Assembly: GCA_963663035.1 (NCBI GenBank)
Contig: OY760074.1
Location: 128,001 to 192,000, forward strand
Direction: 5' to 3'
Length of the DNA stretch: 64,000 bases
Source of the DNA: Acidobacteriota bacterium
GTDB lineage: Bacteria > Acidobacteriota > UBA6911 > RPQK01 > JADFOI01
Shown here: piece after piece, positions 19,696 through 30,749 of the stretch
How the letters are laid out: each line of letters starts with the position of its first letter
Numbering within the stretch: position 1 is the stretch's first letter
The notes under the pieces: generated by a model
What the model saw: the letters and a program-made list of their open reading frames with translations, nothing else
Databases searched by the model: none
Told to the model about the DNA's origin: nothing
Program-made: the position numbers and the translations under genes

Positions 19696-22600
19696 GTGAT
19701 CGGCACCACCATTAGCCACTTCAAAGTCCTGGAAAAGATCGGACAGGGCGGCATGGGCGAGGTTTATCGGGCTGAGGATACCAACCTGAGCCGTGAAGTG
19801 GCCATCAAAGTCCTGCCCGAGCAGTTCACCCAGGACCCTCAACGACTGGCGGGCTTGGTTGAGCAGGTGCAAGCAGACTATGACCGCTTTGGGACCGGGA
19901 GCGGCGCATGGTGGCCAAGGTGGAAGTGAGTGAGCGCGGGTTCAACCGTCGCTTTGTGGTCACCAACCGCCAGGATCTCACGGCCGGGCAGCTGTATGAC
20001 CAACGCGAGGCCAAACTCCCTGCGCCAACACAGATATACAGCCCCCTGCGGGCCGAGCTGTTTCCGGAAGGGGCTCTCGCTTCATCTCTTCAAAGTCCTG
20101 GAAAAGATCGGACAGGGCGGCATGGGCGAGGTTTATCGGGCTGAGGATACCAACCTGAGCCGTGAAGTGGCCATCAAAGTCCTGCCCGAGCAGTTCACCC
20201 AGGACCCTCAACGACTGGCCCGCTTTGAACGCGAGGCCAAACTTCTGGCCTCACTCAATCATCCCAACATTGCCGCCATTCACAGCTTTGAGCACGCAGA
20301 TGACATTCATTTCCTGGTGCTCGAGTTGGTCCCAGGCGACACGCTGGCCGAACGTGTCACCAGAGGCCCACTCCCAGTCGAAGAAGCACTGGAAGTTTGC
20401 CGTCAGATTGCCGAGGGCGTGGAGGCTGCCCATGAGAAAGGCGTCATCCACCGAGATCTGAAGCCCGCCAACGTGAAGATCACCCCTGAGGGCAAGGTCA
20501 AGATTCTGGACTTCGGACTGGCCAAGGCGTTTGAGGCAGAAGCGCCAGTCACAGACATTTCCCAATCGCCCACGCTGACAGAGGAAATGACGAGGGCTGG
20601 TGTCATCCTGGGAACAGCCGCCTACATGAGTCCCGAGCAGGCCAAGGGAAAGCCGGTGGATAAAAGGGCGGATATCTTTGCCTTCGGCGCCGTTTTGTAC
20701 GAGCTGTTGACTGGAAAGAGGGCCTTCGGAGGGGAGACCATTACCGAAACCCTGGGAGCCATCATTCATAAAGAACCCGATTGGAACAGGCTGCCTGAGA
20801 ACACACCTGGGAACATTCGTAACCTGCTTCGCCGATGTCTTCACAAGGATCTCCTAAGGCGTTTTCGCGACGCGGCCGATGTCCGTATCGAGGTCGAGGA
20901 GGCACTCAGTCATCCGCTGCAAGTCGATTTCGGGCGCTCATCTGGAGCCTCACAAACGAGTCGCCAGAATTCCTGGGCTGTGCCTGCGGCAGTAGGCGCA
21001 TTCGCTTTTCTACTGGGAGCTGGGGCCGTCTATTGGTCTTTACAGCGACCGGTCCCAGCCGTAGAGCAGCCGACGGGAAGATTTGTGATCGATCTGGGAC
21101 CTGATCAACAGTTCCCGTATGAGATCACCGGTGTTGCCACCGGAGCCCAGGCCGAGTCTTTTGCTATTTCACCCGACGGTAAACATGTTGTCTACGCGGC
21201 TGCTGGTCTCGATCAAGGGGAAACACAGCTTTACCTGCGCACCTTAGATCGTTATGAGTCCCGTCCGATTCCCGATACGGAAGGCGCCACCGACCCGGTT
21301 TTTTCACCCGACAGCCAGTGGCTCGGCTTTCTTTCAGGAAGCGAACTCAAGAAGGTAGCGCTGGCAGGAGGATCACCTGTGAGCCTCTGCACATTCTCGG
21401 ATGATGATCTACCGATCTTCGGTGGGCTGACTTGGGGAGAAAGCGACCTGATCGTCTTTGGAAGGCTCAACTCGGGACTGTGGCAGGTACCAGGAACGGG
21501 CGGTGAGCCGCAACCCCTGACCACCCTGGACTCAGAGAGTGGCGAGACACGCCACGCGGATCCTCAATTTCTTCCGAGTGGTGAGGCGTTACTCTTTTAT
21601 TTGGTGGCAGGTGAGGGCCCGAAAATCTGGGTTCTTTCTGTGGAGACGGGCGAACGAAACGAAGTGCTGGAGGGTTTGCGCCCTCGCTACGCCTCCTCAG
21701 GCCATATCGTTTTTCAGCGTCGGGATTCCCTTTATGCTGTACCCTTCGATGTCAAGAGCCTCGAGGTCACCGGTTCTCCTGTCCCTCTTCCTCACAGGGT
21801 CAGGACTCAGCCGGTCACAAATCTGGCGGATTTTGCTTTCTCTGAGACTGGAACGCTGGTTTACCGGCTCCCCACTCAGGAGGAGGGTAGCAGAAAACTG
21901 GTGTGGGTGGATCGTCGGGGACAAGTCCAGCCGGTCACGGAGATCCAACGGCGGTTCGAAGAACCGCGCCTCTCCCCCGATGAGAGCCATCTGGCCGTTA
22001 CAATCCTGGGCCTTGGTGGATTTAACGTCTGGATCTACGAATTTGCCCGCGGGATATTGACCCCGCTCACCGTTGAAGGAGGAAACAGAGCCATCTGGAC
22101 ACCAGACGGCCAGAGACTGACCTTCTCTTCTAGCGGTCTGGATGCCCCGATCTTCTGGACGGAGGCGGATGGCAGTGGCGAGGCCGAAGCTCTGGTGACC
22201 AGGACGGGGGCCGCCACTCGGGTCATTGCCACATCCTGGTCGTCAGAAGGGGTCCTGGCTTACACACACGGGATTGTCAACAATCTGGACATCTGGGTGA
22301 TGGCGCTCGAAGGTGACCGGGAGCCACAACCGTTTCTTGCCACAGAGTTCAATGAACGCCACTCCATGTTCTCCCCCGACGGCAGTTGGGTGGCATTGAC
22401 TTCCGATCGCTCCGGCCAGGACGAGATCTATGTTAAACCCTATCCCGCCGAGGGGGGACTTGTGCAGATCTCTACGGATGGCGGAGTTGAGCCGGTCTGG
22501 GCCCGCAGCGGAAGGGACCTGTTCTACCGCAGCCAGGACAAGATGATGGTCGTGTCTATTCAGACGCAGCCGACATTCCAGGCAGAAACGCCCAGGCTTC

Positions 22601-22776
22601 TGTTCGAGGACTCCTACAGCGAAAGCTATCTCTCTTTGACCTCGAATTTCGATGTCACGGCCGACGGCCAGCGCTTCGTGATGGTCCAGCTGAGCCAGGA
22701 CCGTGTGGAGCCTGAAAGCCTGAACATCGTCCTCAACTGGTTTGAAGAACTCAAGCGCCTGGTGCCGATCGAGTAG
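19696..22776 (+). pseudogene. Ser/Thr kinase with C-terminal TolB/PD40 beta-propeller; 5' end disrupted by a duplication and IS1380 fragments
   Basis: [26 protein letters not shown]40 SPDG repeats; removing 19851-20219 restores a 903-aa ORF from GTG 19696. Confidence 0.85.
19851..20087 (+). mobile_element. Three IS1380 fragments inside the kinase gene
   Basis: Reverse-complement matches to 26074-26104, about 25907-26020 and about 25499-25571 of the IS1380 in this window. Confidence 0.85.
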
Positions 22777-22784
22777 TCGTGCGC

Positions 22785-22857
22785 TGAAATATGGGGACAG
22801 ACTACCCGTTTCCCCATTTCGAAAATGAGGAAACGGGTAGTCAGTCCCCACATTTCA
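22785..22857. repeat. 73-bp near-perfect palindrome (GGGGACAGACTA family)
   Basis: 35-nt arms, 3-nt loop, 3 mismatches. Confidence 0.85.
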
Positions 22858-22901
22858 TCTACGGACAGTCTCGTTACGCAGCTTGGAGGGGGGAAGCCAT
22901 C

Positions 22902-24668
22902 ATGAAATATTCGAAACTGACACTGCCAGGGTTATTGTCCATTCTCCTTTGGGTTTGCACCAGCTGCTCATCGACTGTTCCCGATGCGCTGGCGCCGGAT
23001 ATGGTTTTGCACGGTGGAAAGATTGTGACCGTGGATGAGAGTTTTTCCATTGCTCAGGCCGTGGCCATCAAGGACGGACGCATTGTAGCGGTGGGATCGG
23101 ATAATGAAATCCTTTCCCTCTCCGGTGCTGATACCGAGGTGGTGAACCTGGAAGGGAAGACTGTCCTGCCCGGCTTCAATGACTCCCATCTTCACCTGGC
23201 CTGGCCGGTGGGAGAGGCTCCCAATCCCGCCATAGCGGAGTTGGCGGCAGCTCGCTCCATCGGAGAAATTGTGGACATTGTCCGCCGGGAAGTGGAGGCC
23301 GCCTCCCCCGGGGAACTGGTGTGGATTCCCTTTGGGCCGTCGATGGTGACCCAGATCGAGGAGGAGCGCTGGCCCAACAAGTACGATCTGGATCCGGTTT
23401 CGCCCGACAACCCGGTCATGCTCACCTTTGGCGCCGATGGTGTCTATGTCACCAACAGCGTGGGCCTGGCCAAAGCCAACCTCAGCCGAAGGACTCCCCA
23501 GCCTCACGAGAGAGGGCTGATGGGGGAGCTGGAAATCGATAGCAGGAACGGACAGCTCACCGGTGTTCTGAAAGGCCGATCCGCCGCTCATCTGCTGCGG
23601 GAGCCCTTGGAAGTCTGGTCGACGGACATTCTGACCGAGAATATCGCTCGCTCCATGAAGGCCGATGTCGTCCCCTATGGGATTACCAGCCTGGGAGATC
23701 CGGCCATGGCCAGCAACAATCAACCCATTCAACACGCTTTTCAGCGGGTGGCACAAAGTGAAGAAGGCTTACTCGCTCGGGTCAACCTGATGATTCGAGT
23801 GCCCGTCCGGGCCCTCTCCGCTCAAGAGTGCATTGACCTGATCAGAGGTCTTCTCTTTCAACCCCCTTTCAAGAATGATTTCCTGCGCGTGGGGACCTTC
23901 AAGCTGAGTATGGATAAGGGATAACCCGGCGCCAGGCCCTATATTGTGCCCGAGGAGAAGGGGAAGCAGGTCCTCATCGAGGGACACAAAGCCGGCTGGC
24001 AACTCTACGTGCACCTCACCACTCCGGAAACCTTCGACTATGCCAGCGAGGCGCTCGAGGAAGCCTATCGACTCTATCCTCGAGAGGATGCCCGCCATGT
24101 TTTCACCCATATTCCGCGCCCCACCCAGGCCAACATCGACACCATGAAGCGGCTGGGAATAATTGCCGATCTCCAGGTCAACCGCATCTATCATCTAGCC
24201 GATGACGCCGAAGAGAACGTCACCGCCAACCCCGAGCGGCCCGATCTGGGCTCCAGACCGGTAGGCACTTATCGGGATGCCGGCATTCCGGTGATTCTCA
24301 GCAGTGACCAGGCTCCGGTGGGTCCGCTCTTCACGATCTACGAGGCCGTCAACCGGGTGCGCAAATCTGGAAAGGTGTATCAACCGGAAGAGAAATTGAC
24401 GCTGGAGGAAGCCATCCGTGCCGTGACCATCACCTCCGCCTGGACCTTCTTTGAGGCTGATGTCAAGGGATCGATTGAGGCCGGAAAGTTTGCTGATCTG
24501 GTGGTGTTGGGCCGCGACATTTTAACGGTGGACCCTATGGAGATCAAAGACATTCCCGTGCTCATGACGATGACGGGTGGAAAATTCGTGTACATCAATC
24601 CCAACCAGGATCCCAATCAGAAGGTGGAATATTTTCGTTACCCCCAGCGGACGTCCTATTTGGACTGA
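22902..24668 (+). pseudogene. Amidohydro_3 family lipoprotein-like gene split by one in-frame TAA
   Basis: PGFNDSHLH, FKLSMD, then TAA at 23922-23924; same frame continues with [22 protein letters not shown]. Confidence 0.8.
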
Positions 24669-24685
24669 GAGTTGAGCCATCGGTC

Positions 24686-24892
24686 ATGATTCGATCTCAA
24701 GAAAGCAATTCCCCCCCTGGAACCAGCGCAGCTGATTGGCCCATGTTCGGTCACGATATCGGGGCCACTCGGTCAAATCTGGCTGAGAGTACTATAGGTC
24801 CGCAGAATGTCGGCCAACTGAAGGTGAAATGGACTTTTGAAAAGGCCGAGGGATTCAGTCAAAGCACTCCCATCGTGGTTGGGGACAGACTT
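24686..24892 (+). pseudogene. 5' fragment of a PQQ-binding beta-propeller protein
   Basis: DWPMFGHDIGATR..IGPQNVGQLKVKWTF..STPIVVGDRL, then homology stops. Confidence 0.7.
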
Positions 24893-25025
24893 CAATGGCG
24901 AGGTCATTGCGGGGCTCTATTGCGGAGGCGAATCGGCCGGTGGCTGCAGTCAGCATGGTACGGGCCGATGCACCACCCAGGGCTACATCGCCTGCAAGGT
25001 CGCCGCCTCCGAGCCGAGCTGGTAA
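24885..25025 (+). pseudogene. 3' fragment of an FAD-binding (FAD_binding_2) flavoprotein
   Basis: DFNGEVIAGLYCGGESAGG..HGTGRC..QGYIA, typical flavoprotein C-terminus, in a different frame. Confidence 0.7.
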
Positions 25026-25389
25026 TTTGCGGCGGCCTACGCCAGTTAGCGGGGGGAGATTAAGGCAGAAATGCTTTGCAGATCTCTTCGATGTGACGGT
25101 GATCGGTCCCACAGCAGCCACCCAGGACGTTCAGGTTGCTCAGTCTGTTTCTCAGTTCCTTGTACTGGCTGGCGAGTTCCACCGGATTACCGTCATCGAG
25201 TTCCTCGGCCTCGTCCAGTTCAGCATGACTTTTGGTTGAAGCATTGGCTTTTAGGCCTCGAACTTTCTGTACCCACGGTTCACCAGCTGCCAGCGCGTCC
25301 TGGAAATGCAGAGGATGTGCACAGTTGATCATGTAATAGACGGTCGTGCTGTCGGTCGCCTCGTCCAGCTGGTCGATGGCAGCTCCTAG

Positions 25390-27028
25390 CCGCAATTATT
25401 CATAAGTTTGGGGTGAGTGTCGATTTTCTGCGGAAGTTCAGGGCTGAGAGTGTGTTCAGGTGCGATTACAAGGCGTCCAAGCTTGTTGAGCCGAATAGAG
25501 ATGAAGCGAGAGCCCCTTCCGGAAACAGCTCGGCCCGCAGGGGGCTGTATATCTGTGTTGGCGCAGGGAGTCAGGGGACCGTCAGGTGGGACACAGACGG
25601 TGCATCAGTAATGCGAAGAGCTTTTGTTCGGGATAAGACGATGCCAGGTGCACCCAGATGCGACGAGAAGTTTCCCGAACCCGGGCACCGATTTTGAACA
25701 GGCGGCGGCGGAGCGTCTCAATCTCCAGGTTGTGCCAGGGAGTCCCGCACAGGTAATCCCGCAGGCGCAGGATTAAGACATAGGCCAGGGCGTGGATGAA
25801 GAGTCGGAACTGGTTGGCCAGGAAACGGTGGCAGCTCAAGCGATCCATGGCCAGATCTTTTTTGAAAGCTTTCACGAAGTTCTCGCACTGGCCCCGTCCG
25901 ATGTAGTGGTCATACAGCTGCCCGGCCGTGAGATCCTGGCGGTTGGTGACCACAAAGCGACGGTTGAACCCGCGCTCGCTCACTTCCACCTTGGCCACCA
26001 TGCGCCGCTCCCGGTCCCAACTGTCGGCCTGATAGACGAGCTCGGTGAACTGGCGTTGCTTTTCTCCTGAGTCGTCATAGTCTGCTTGCACCTGCTCAAC
26101 CAAGGGCTCGACGGTGGCCGCCAGCCGGGAGTTGCGGGCAAAGCCCACCACATACTGCAGTTTTTCCTCCTCACAGAACTCGTACAGTGCCGGCGTCGCA
26201 AAGCCACTGTCGGCTCGCACTTCGATCGGAACATCGGATCCCAGAACCTGGCGCATCCGGGCCACCACCCGTTTGAGAACCGCCACCGCGTGGGCGGCCG
26301 CCCCCTGGTTGCCGGGCCGCAGTAGCGCACATACCAGATCGCCCGTCTCGCCATCGAATAGCAGCAGCGGATGATACATGTGCTCGCGATAATAGCCGTG
26401 GTAAAAGCTGAACTCCTGCTGCCCATGCGTGACGTCATCCGTGCTGTCGATGTCCAGGATGATCTTCTCGGGCCGGCTCTTCTTGCGGTGCTTCAAGTAG
26501 GTCTCCAGCAGCCACTGTCCCAGGCGAGTGAGATCCTTCGAGTCCACCGAGTTCTCCAGTCGCGACAGCGTGGGTTGAGAAGCCAGATCCGGATCGCTTT
26601 CCGGCAGCCGATCACACACGGTCTTGAAGATGGGATCCGAGCGCAAGCTGTCGGCATCGTTGCAGTCCTCATAGCCGGCCACGATCTGAAAGCTGCGCTG
26701 GGTGAGCAGTTCGCGAATCTGGTGGCGGACGTAGCGGCTATCTCGAGCGTCCTTCAGGCAGGAGGCAAAGCCAGCCGTCAGTCCGTGCTGTTGATCCAGG
26801 GCGTACAGACACAGCAGCCCGGCATCGGAGGAGAGCCGGCCTCCATCGAATCGAGCCACCACTTTTCTGTCAGGGTGAGATGGCAAGTTGATCTGGCAGA
26901 CTGATGCATCGCTGGGCCGTACCTTTTTGGTTTGGAGTTGTTTCATAACCCCTTTTATATCAAAGAGGTACGGCATCTTTTTGTGCCCTAGATCAGACCC
27001 CTTCTTCAGAATTTATGAATAATCCCGG
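25390..27028 (-). mobile_element. IS1380-family insertion sequence, 1639 bp, CTAG target duplication
   Basis: TIRs CCGCAATTATTCATAA / CCGGGATTATTCATAA; CTAG at 25386-25389 and 27029-27032. Confidence 0.93.
25582..26976 (-). CDS. IS1380-family DDE transposase
   Basis: FDGGRLSSDAG, GYEDCNDAD, SQPTLSRLEN, LDIDST, RADSGF, RGQCENFVK. Confidence 0.93.
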   Translation of the reverse strand: MPYLFDIKGVMKQLQTKKVRPSDASVCQINLPSHPDRKVVARFDGGRLSSDAGLLCLYALDQQHGLTAGFASCLKDARDSRYVRHQIRELLTQRSFQIVAGYEDCNDADSLRSDPIFKTVCDRLPESDPDLASQPTLSRLENSVDSKDLTRLGQWLLETYLKHRKKSRPEKIILDIDSTDDVTHGQQEFSFYHGYYREHMYHPLLLFDGETGDLVCALLRPGNQGAAAHAVAVLKRVVARMRQVLGSDVPIEVRADSGFATPALYEFCEEEKLQYVVGFARNSRLAATVEPLVEQVQADYDDSGEKQRQFTELVYQADSWDRERRMVAKVEVSERGFNRRFVVTNRQDLTAGQLYDHYIGRGQCENFVKAFKKDLAMDRLSCHRFLANQFRLFIHALAYVLILRLRDYLCGTPWHNLEIETLRRRLFKIGARVRETSRRIWVHLASSYPEQKLFALLMHRLCPT

Positions 27029-27707
27029 CTAGTGACTGACCCGTGGGTAACTTGCCGTCTGTTTCGACAGTAAATGAGATTGAAATGGGCATGCCTGCTG
27101 ATCCAGCTGCGCGCACAATCCCAATGGCTTCTTCAACATGGGTCATGGTCATGGCGCTCACCATGTCGGCCTCGGTTTCGCTAAAAGTTTCAAGTTGTGT
27201 GCTGTGATAGCTTTGGGCCTCTTCCTTGCTCATCAAAGAGGCAGGATTGTAGCCATCTCCACGAGGCCCAACGCATCCACTGATGACCATCCTGGTTTTT
27301 TCATTCTGGTATTGGTTCCGAATGTCAGAAAGGAACTGGATCGTCTCGCGGTTGAGATCAGCCAGCGCCTGGCTGGAATAGCCCAGTTTCTGGCCCCAGT
27401 CGGAACTGGCTCGCCAGGTGGGGCTCTGCAGAATGAATCCCACCTCATACTTTTGGGCAAGGGAAGCATAGGGGCGAAAGTATTTGCGGAGAGCTTCACG
27501 TCCTTCCTCACTCCTCATCAAGTCAAAAGCAGCGAAATGGGGCAACTCAAGACCCTCATGGAAGATGAGCGTGGTTTCCATGCCGCCATCGGTGAGGAAT
27601 AGATCGCCTGATAGTTGTGGTAAATCGTCTCTGTATTGGGCCATGTGTTATCTCCAGTCGCCTATTATGTTTGATGGAAGTTCCAGTTGCATGATTGAAT
27701 AGGGGAA

Positions 27708-28802
27708 ATGTGGGGGAAAAGCACTATTCTTTTTCTAGGACTGTTGAGCTTCGCCGTATTTTCACTGGGCACACCCCGAGCCACTCCTCAAGAAGGTGAG
27801 GTCCGGGAAGCGAGCGGGCGGTTCGTGGTTGACGCCGAAACGATCGTTGTCAATGTGCTGGTCACCGACCGGAACGGGAAGCCGCTGCTGGGTTTGCAGA
27901 AGGAGAACTTCCGAGTCTTTGAGGACGGAGAGGAGCAGGAAATTCAGAACTTTTTTCCTGTGGATGCTCCCTTTAGTGTGGGTCTGCTGTTGGACACCAG
28001 TTTCAGCACGGTAGGTAAGCTGGCCAGGATCCAGGATTCTGCCATTGAGTTCCTGGATCAGATTCATCCGGATGACGAAGTGATGGTGATTTCCTTTGAT
28101 GATGAGGTCTACCTGGATGCCGACTTTACTCGCGACAAGGGGGCGGTCGAGCGAGCCATCGATAGGACTCGCTCCGGACAAGGTACCCTGCTCTATGAAG
28201 CGGTCTATTTAGGGATGCAACAGCTGAGGGAGCAACCCCATCGAAAGGTCATGGTGCTCTTTACCGATGGCGTGGACATGATCAGTCCAACGACTTCCGC
28301 CGGGGAGACGGTGGATTTGGCCAAAGAGGCGGAGATCACCATTTATCCGATTTTCTTTAACACCAAGGCCGATGCCCTGGCACGCTTACGAAATCCCCGC
28401 TTGGGAGGGCCCGGTCCGTCTGGAACTCCGTCCAGCAGCCCCTTACCCTTCCCCCTGCCGCTGCCCACACCGCGCCGAGACCCCCGCGACCCGGGCGGTC
28501 GTTTCCCCGAAGAGGAGGGCAGGGAACAGGTGGAGAGAATGTACCAGCAGGCCCGGTACTATCTCGGCCAATTGGCTGAGGTTACGGGAGGAGCCCGTTT
28601 CGAAGCAGCTGGAAACCTGAGCGATCTGGAAGAAGCCTTTTCCAGGATCGCAGAAGAAATGCGAAGCCTTTACACCATTGGGTACGTTCCCAGTAACTCC
28701 CAAGAGGACGGAAAGTTCCGCGAAATCAAAGTTCGGGTCAACCTGGAGGAGGGGCGAGTGAGGACTCGGCAGGGCTATTTCAGTCGCGGGAGAAATGAGT
28801 AA
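27708..28802 (+). CDS. VWA domain protein (Acidobacteria-type), exported
   Basis: VTDRNGKP..F.VFEDG, MIDAS DTSFS, T.LYEA, FTDG, YTIGY.P..DGKFREIKV. Confidence 0.88.
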   Translation: MWGKSTILFLGLLSFAVFSLGTPRATPQEGEVREASGRFVVDAETIVVNVLVTDRNGKPLLGLQKENFRVFEDGEEQEIQNFFPVDAPFSVGLLLDTSFSTVGKLARIQDSAIEFLDQIHPDDEVMVISFDDEVYLDADFTRDKGAVERAIDRTRSGQGTLLYEAVYLGMQQLREQPHRKVMVLFTDGVDMISPTTSAGETVDLAKEAEITIYPIFFNTKADALARLRNPRLGGPGPSGTPSSSPLPFPLPLPTPRRDPRDPGGRFPEEEGREQVERMYQQARYYLGQLAEVTGGARFEAAGNLSDLEEAFSRIAEEMRSLYTIGYVPSNSQEDGKFREIKVRVNLEEGRVRTRQGYFSRGRNE

Positions 28803-29015
28803 CTTTTAGGAACCAAGTGTCGACCTCTAGAAAAACACTGACCTTTGTGGCCGTATATATGCCGTATATATAATGTAGTCAGAGTAGTGTATGCTACTAT
28901 GCCAGGATATGCTCCGCTCGTTCACGGAGTAACCTCGAAATCGTCCAGGTATAGGCCACGGGGGAGAGACCTTTGCGTCGTCAGACTGACCTGCCCCCAC
29001 GAACGAGTCCACCCT

Positions 29016-29921
29016 CTATGCTAGACCCGGGACCATTTGAAGTCCACTCCAAGGGATTGGATCCAGTGCCTGCGACCTAGGTAGTTTGGCCTCTGGCGCC
29101 GGCGGCCGATAGGCCAAGGCGCTGTGAGGCCGGATCTGATTGTAATCCCTCCGCCAGCGTTCTACCAACACCTTGGCTTCCCCCAGCGTGTCGAAGATCT
29201 CCATGTTCAGCAGCTCATCCCGTAGTTTCCCGTTGAAACTCTCAATGTACCCATTCTCCCAGGGGCTGCCCGGCTCGATGTACAAGGTCCTTACCCCAAC
29301 AGCCTGCAGCCAGTCCCGGACCGCCTGTGCCGTAAACTCCGATCCGTTATCGGACCGGATAAACTCAGGCACTCCCCGATCAACGAATAACTCCGCCAGC
29401 CGGTCCAACACGTCTTGGTGATTCATCTGCCGTTTCACATCAATGGCGAGGCACTCTCTGGTGTACTCATCCAGGATCGTCAATAGCCGAAAGGCTCGCC
29501 CATCATGGGTCCGTTCATGCACGAAATCATAGCTCCAGACGTGGTTCTTGCGAGCCGCTCGTAACCGAACACAGGAACCGTCATTAAGCCACAGCCTCCT
29601 TCGTTTCGGCTGTCTGGACGGGACTTTCAGCCCTTCTTGTCTCCACAGCCTCTCCACCCGCTTAGGATTCACCTTCCACCCTTCCCCATGAAGTATCGCC
29701 GTGACCCGCCGGTAGCCATAACGCCCGTATTGCGTAGCCAACTCCACCATCCGGGCCACCAATCGGGCCTCATCATCGGGAATTTGCCTTTCCCTTCGCT
29801 GGGTCGATCGAACCTGTCCCAGCACTTGGCAGGCCCGACGTTCGGAGACTCGCTCTGCTCCTAATCGCTCTCGTACCCACATCACCGCTCGTCTCCTGTT
29901 CGCCGGGCCTAGAAGTTTCCC
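29016..29921 (-). CDS. IS3 transposase OrfB (DDE integrase core), joined by -1 frameshift
   Basis: [34 protein letters not shown]; G GGA AAC slippery heptamer at 29921-29915. Confidence 0.9.
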   Translation of the reverse strand, partial: GKLLGPANRRRAVMWVRERLGAERVSERRACQVLGQVRSTQRRERQIPDDEARLVARMVELATQYGRYGYRRVTAILHGEGWKVNPKRVERLWRQEGLKVPSRQPKRRRLWLNDGSCVRLRAARKNHVWSYDFVHERTHDGRAFRLLTILDEYTRECLAIDVKRQMNHQDVLDRLAELFVDRGVPEFIRSDNGSEFTAQAVRDWLQAVGVRTLYIEPGSPWENGYIESFNGKLRDELLNMEIFDTLGEAKVLVERWRRDYNQIRPHSALAYRPPAPEAKLPRSQALDPIPWSGLQMVPGLA

Positions 29922-30187
29922 GAGGACACTTCCTTCAGGATCTGCTTGTCCAAAGACAGATCCGCCACCAGCTTCTTCAACCGGGTATTCTCCTTCTCCA
30001 ACACCTTCAACCTCTTGGCCTGGTCCAACCGGAGCCCTCCGTACTCTTTGCGCCACCGGTAGTAGGTCTGCTCGCTCACCCCCATCTGCTTCGACACCTG
30101 TCCCACCCTCTGTCCTTGGGCCAGACCCACCTCTGCCTCACGCAGCTTCATGATGATCTGTTCTGCCCTAAACCGCTTCCCTGCCAT
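29909..30187 (-). CDS. IS3 transposase OrfA (HTH)
   Basis: [40 protein letters not shown]. Confidence 0.92.
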   Translation of the reverse strand: MAGKRFRAEQIIMKLREAEVGLAQGQRVGQVSKQMGVSEQTYYRWRKEYGGLRLDQAKRLKVLEKENTRLKKLVADLSLDKQILKEVSSGNF

Positions 30188-30253
30188 CCTTGCCTCCTTC
30201 CTAAACCGGAAATCCTAACATTCAAACTGGACTCGTTTTAGGGGGCAAGGTCA

Positions 30254-30564
30254 GGCTCCTGATTCTCCTGCCAGTCTTCGCCGCCCGCGACCTGTCTTTC
30301 GTGCAGTGGTGCAAACTGGGACAATTCCGGCGTCCGGAACTTGTAGCTGTGGTCTATCTGATCCTGGCCTATTCGCTACCGGCGCTGGTGCTGTCCTCGT
30401 TTGGGGTCGAGAGCGGTTTCTATTTCTTTGCTCCGGTGCCCCAGGCTGACTCAAGCTTTTTCTGGGTTGTGCTGCCCGGCCTGGGGCAAGCAGCTGTCAT
30501 GACGTTTCTCCTGGGAGCAAGGATCCGCAAGCTGGTGGAACCCGCCCCTGAGGATCAGAGATAA
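30254..30564 (+). pseudogene. 3' fragment of a membrane protein truncated at the IS3 end
   Basis: Hydrophobic frame is open right up to the IS boundary; no own RBS seen. Confidence 0.5.
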
Positions 30565-30579
30565 GGGATGTCTCTGTAG

Positions 30580-30724
30580 CCGGGATTATGCATAGGTTTT
30601 CGTGACGAAGTGCCGCTGGCGCCGCGATGACAAGGCGTGCGAGGGGTACCCGCTTGCGGGTCGCACAACGCAGTCAGCGTGGATGATTGCGGCACTGCAG
30701 TAGACAATTTATGCATAATTCCGG
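30580..30724. mobile_element. MITE family A, short form (145 bp)
   Basis: TIRs CCGGGATTATGCATA / CCGGAATTATGCATA; homologous to copies at 33320 and 36765. Confidence 0.85.
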
Positions 30725-30749
30725 CTTGAGGGTTATAGTAGACAAAGTG

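Larger units (their letters stand above)
25060..27644 (-). pseudogene. Homocysteine S-methyltransferase family gene interrupted by IS1380
   Basis: LTDGGMETTL, GPRGDGY, INCAHP, GGCCGTD; removing the IS and one CTAG gives a 313-aa ORF (..GQSL|GAAIDQ..). Confidence 0.9.
28987..30253 (-). mobile_element. IS3-family (IS407-like) insertion sequence, 1267 bp
   Basis: TG...CA ends; TIRs TGACCTGCCCCCACGAACGAGTCCA / TGACCTTGCCCCCTAAAACGAGTCCA; orfA+orfB; no clear target duplication. Confidence 0.9.

Noticed and set aside
19930-20087. N-terminal extension of the 948-aa kinase ORF
   Set aside because: Translated from out-of-frame IS1380 fragments
23922-23924. Stop-codon reassignment of TAA
   Set aside because: TAA, TAG and TGA all end normal genes in this window; single case only
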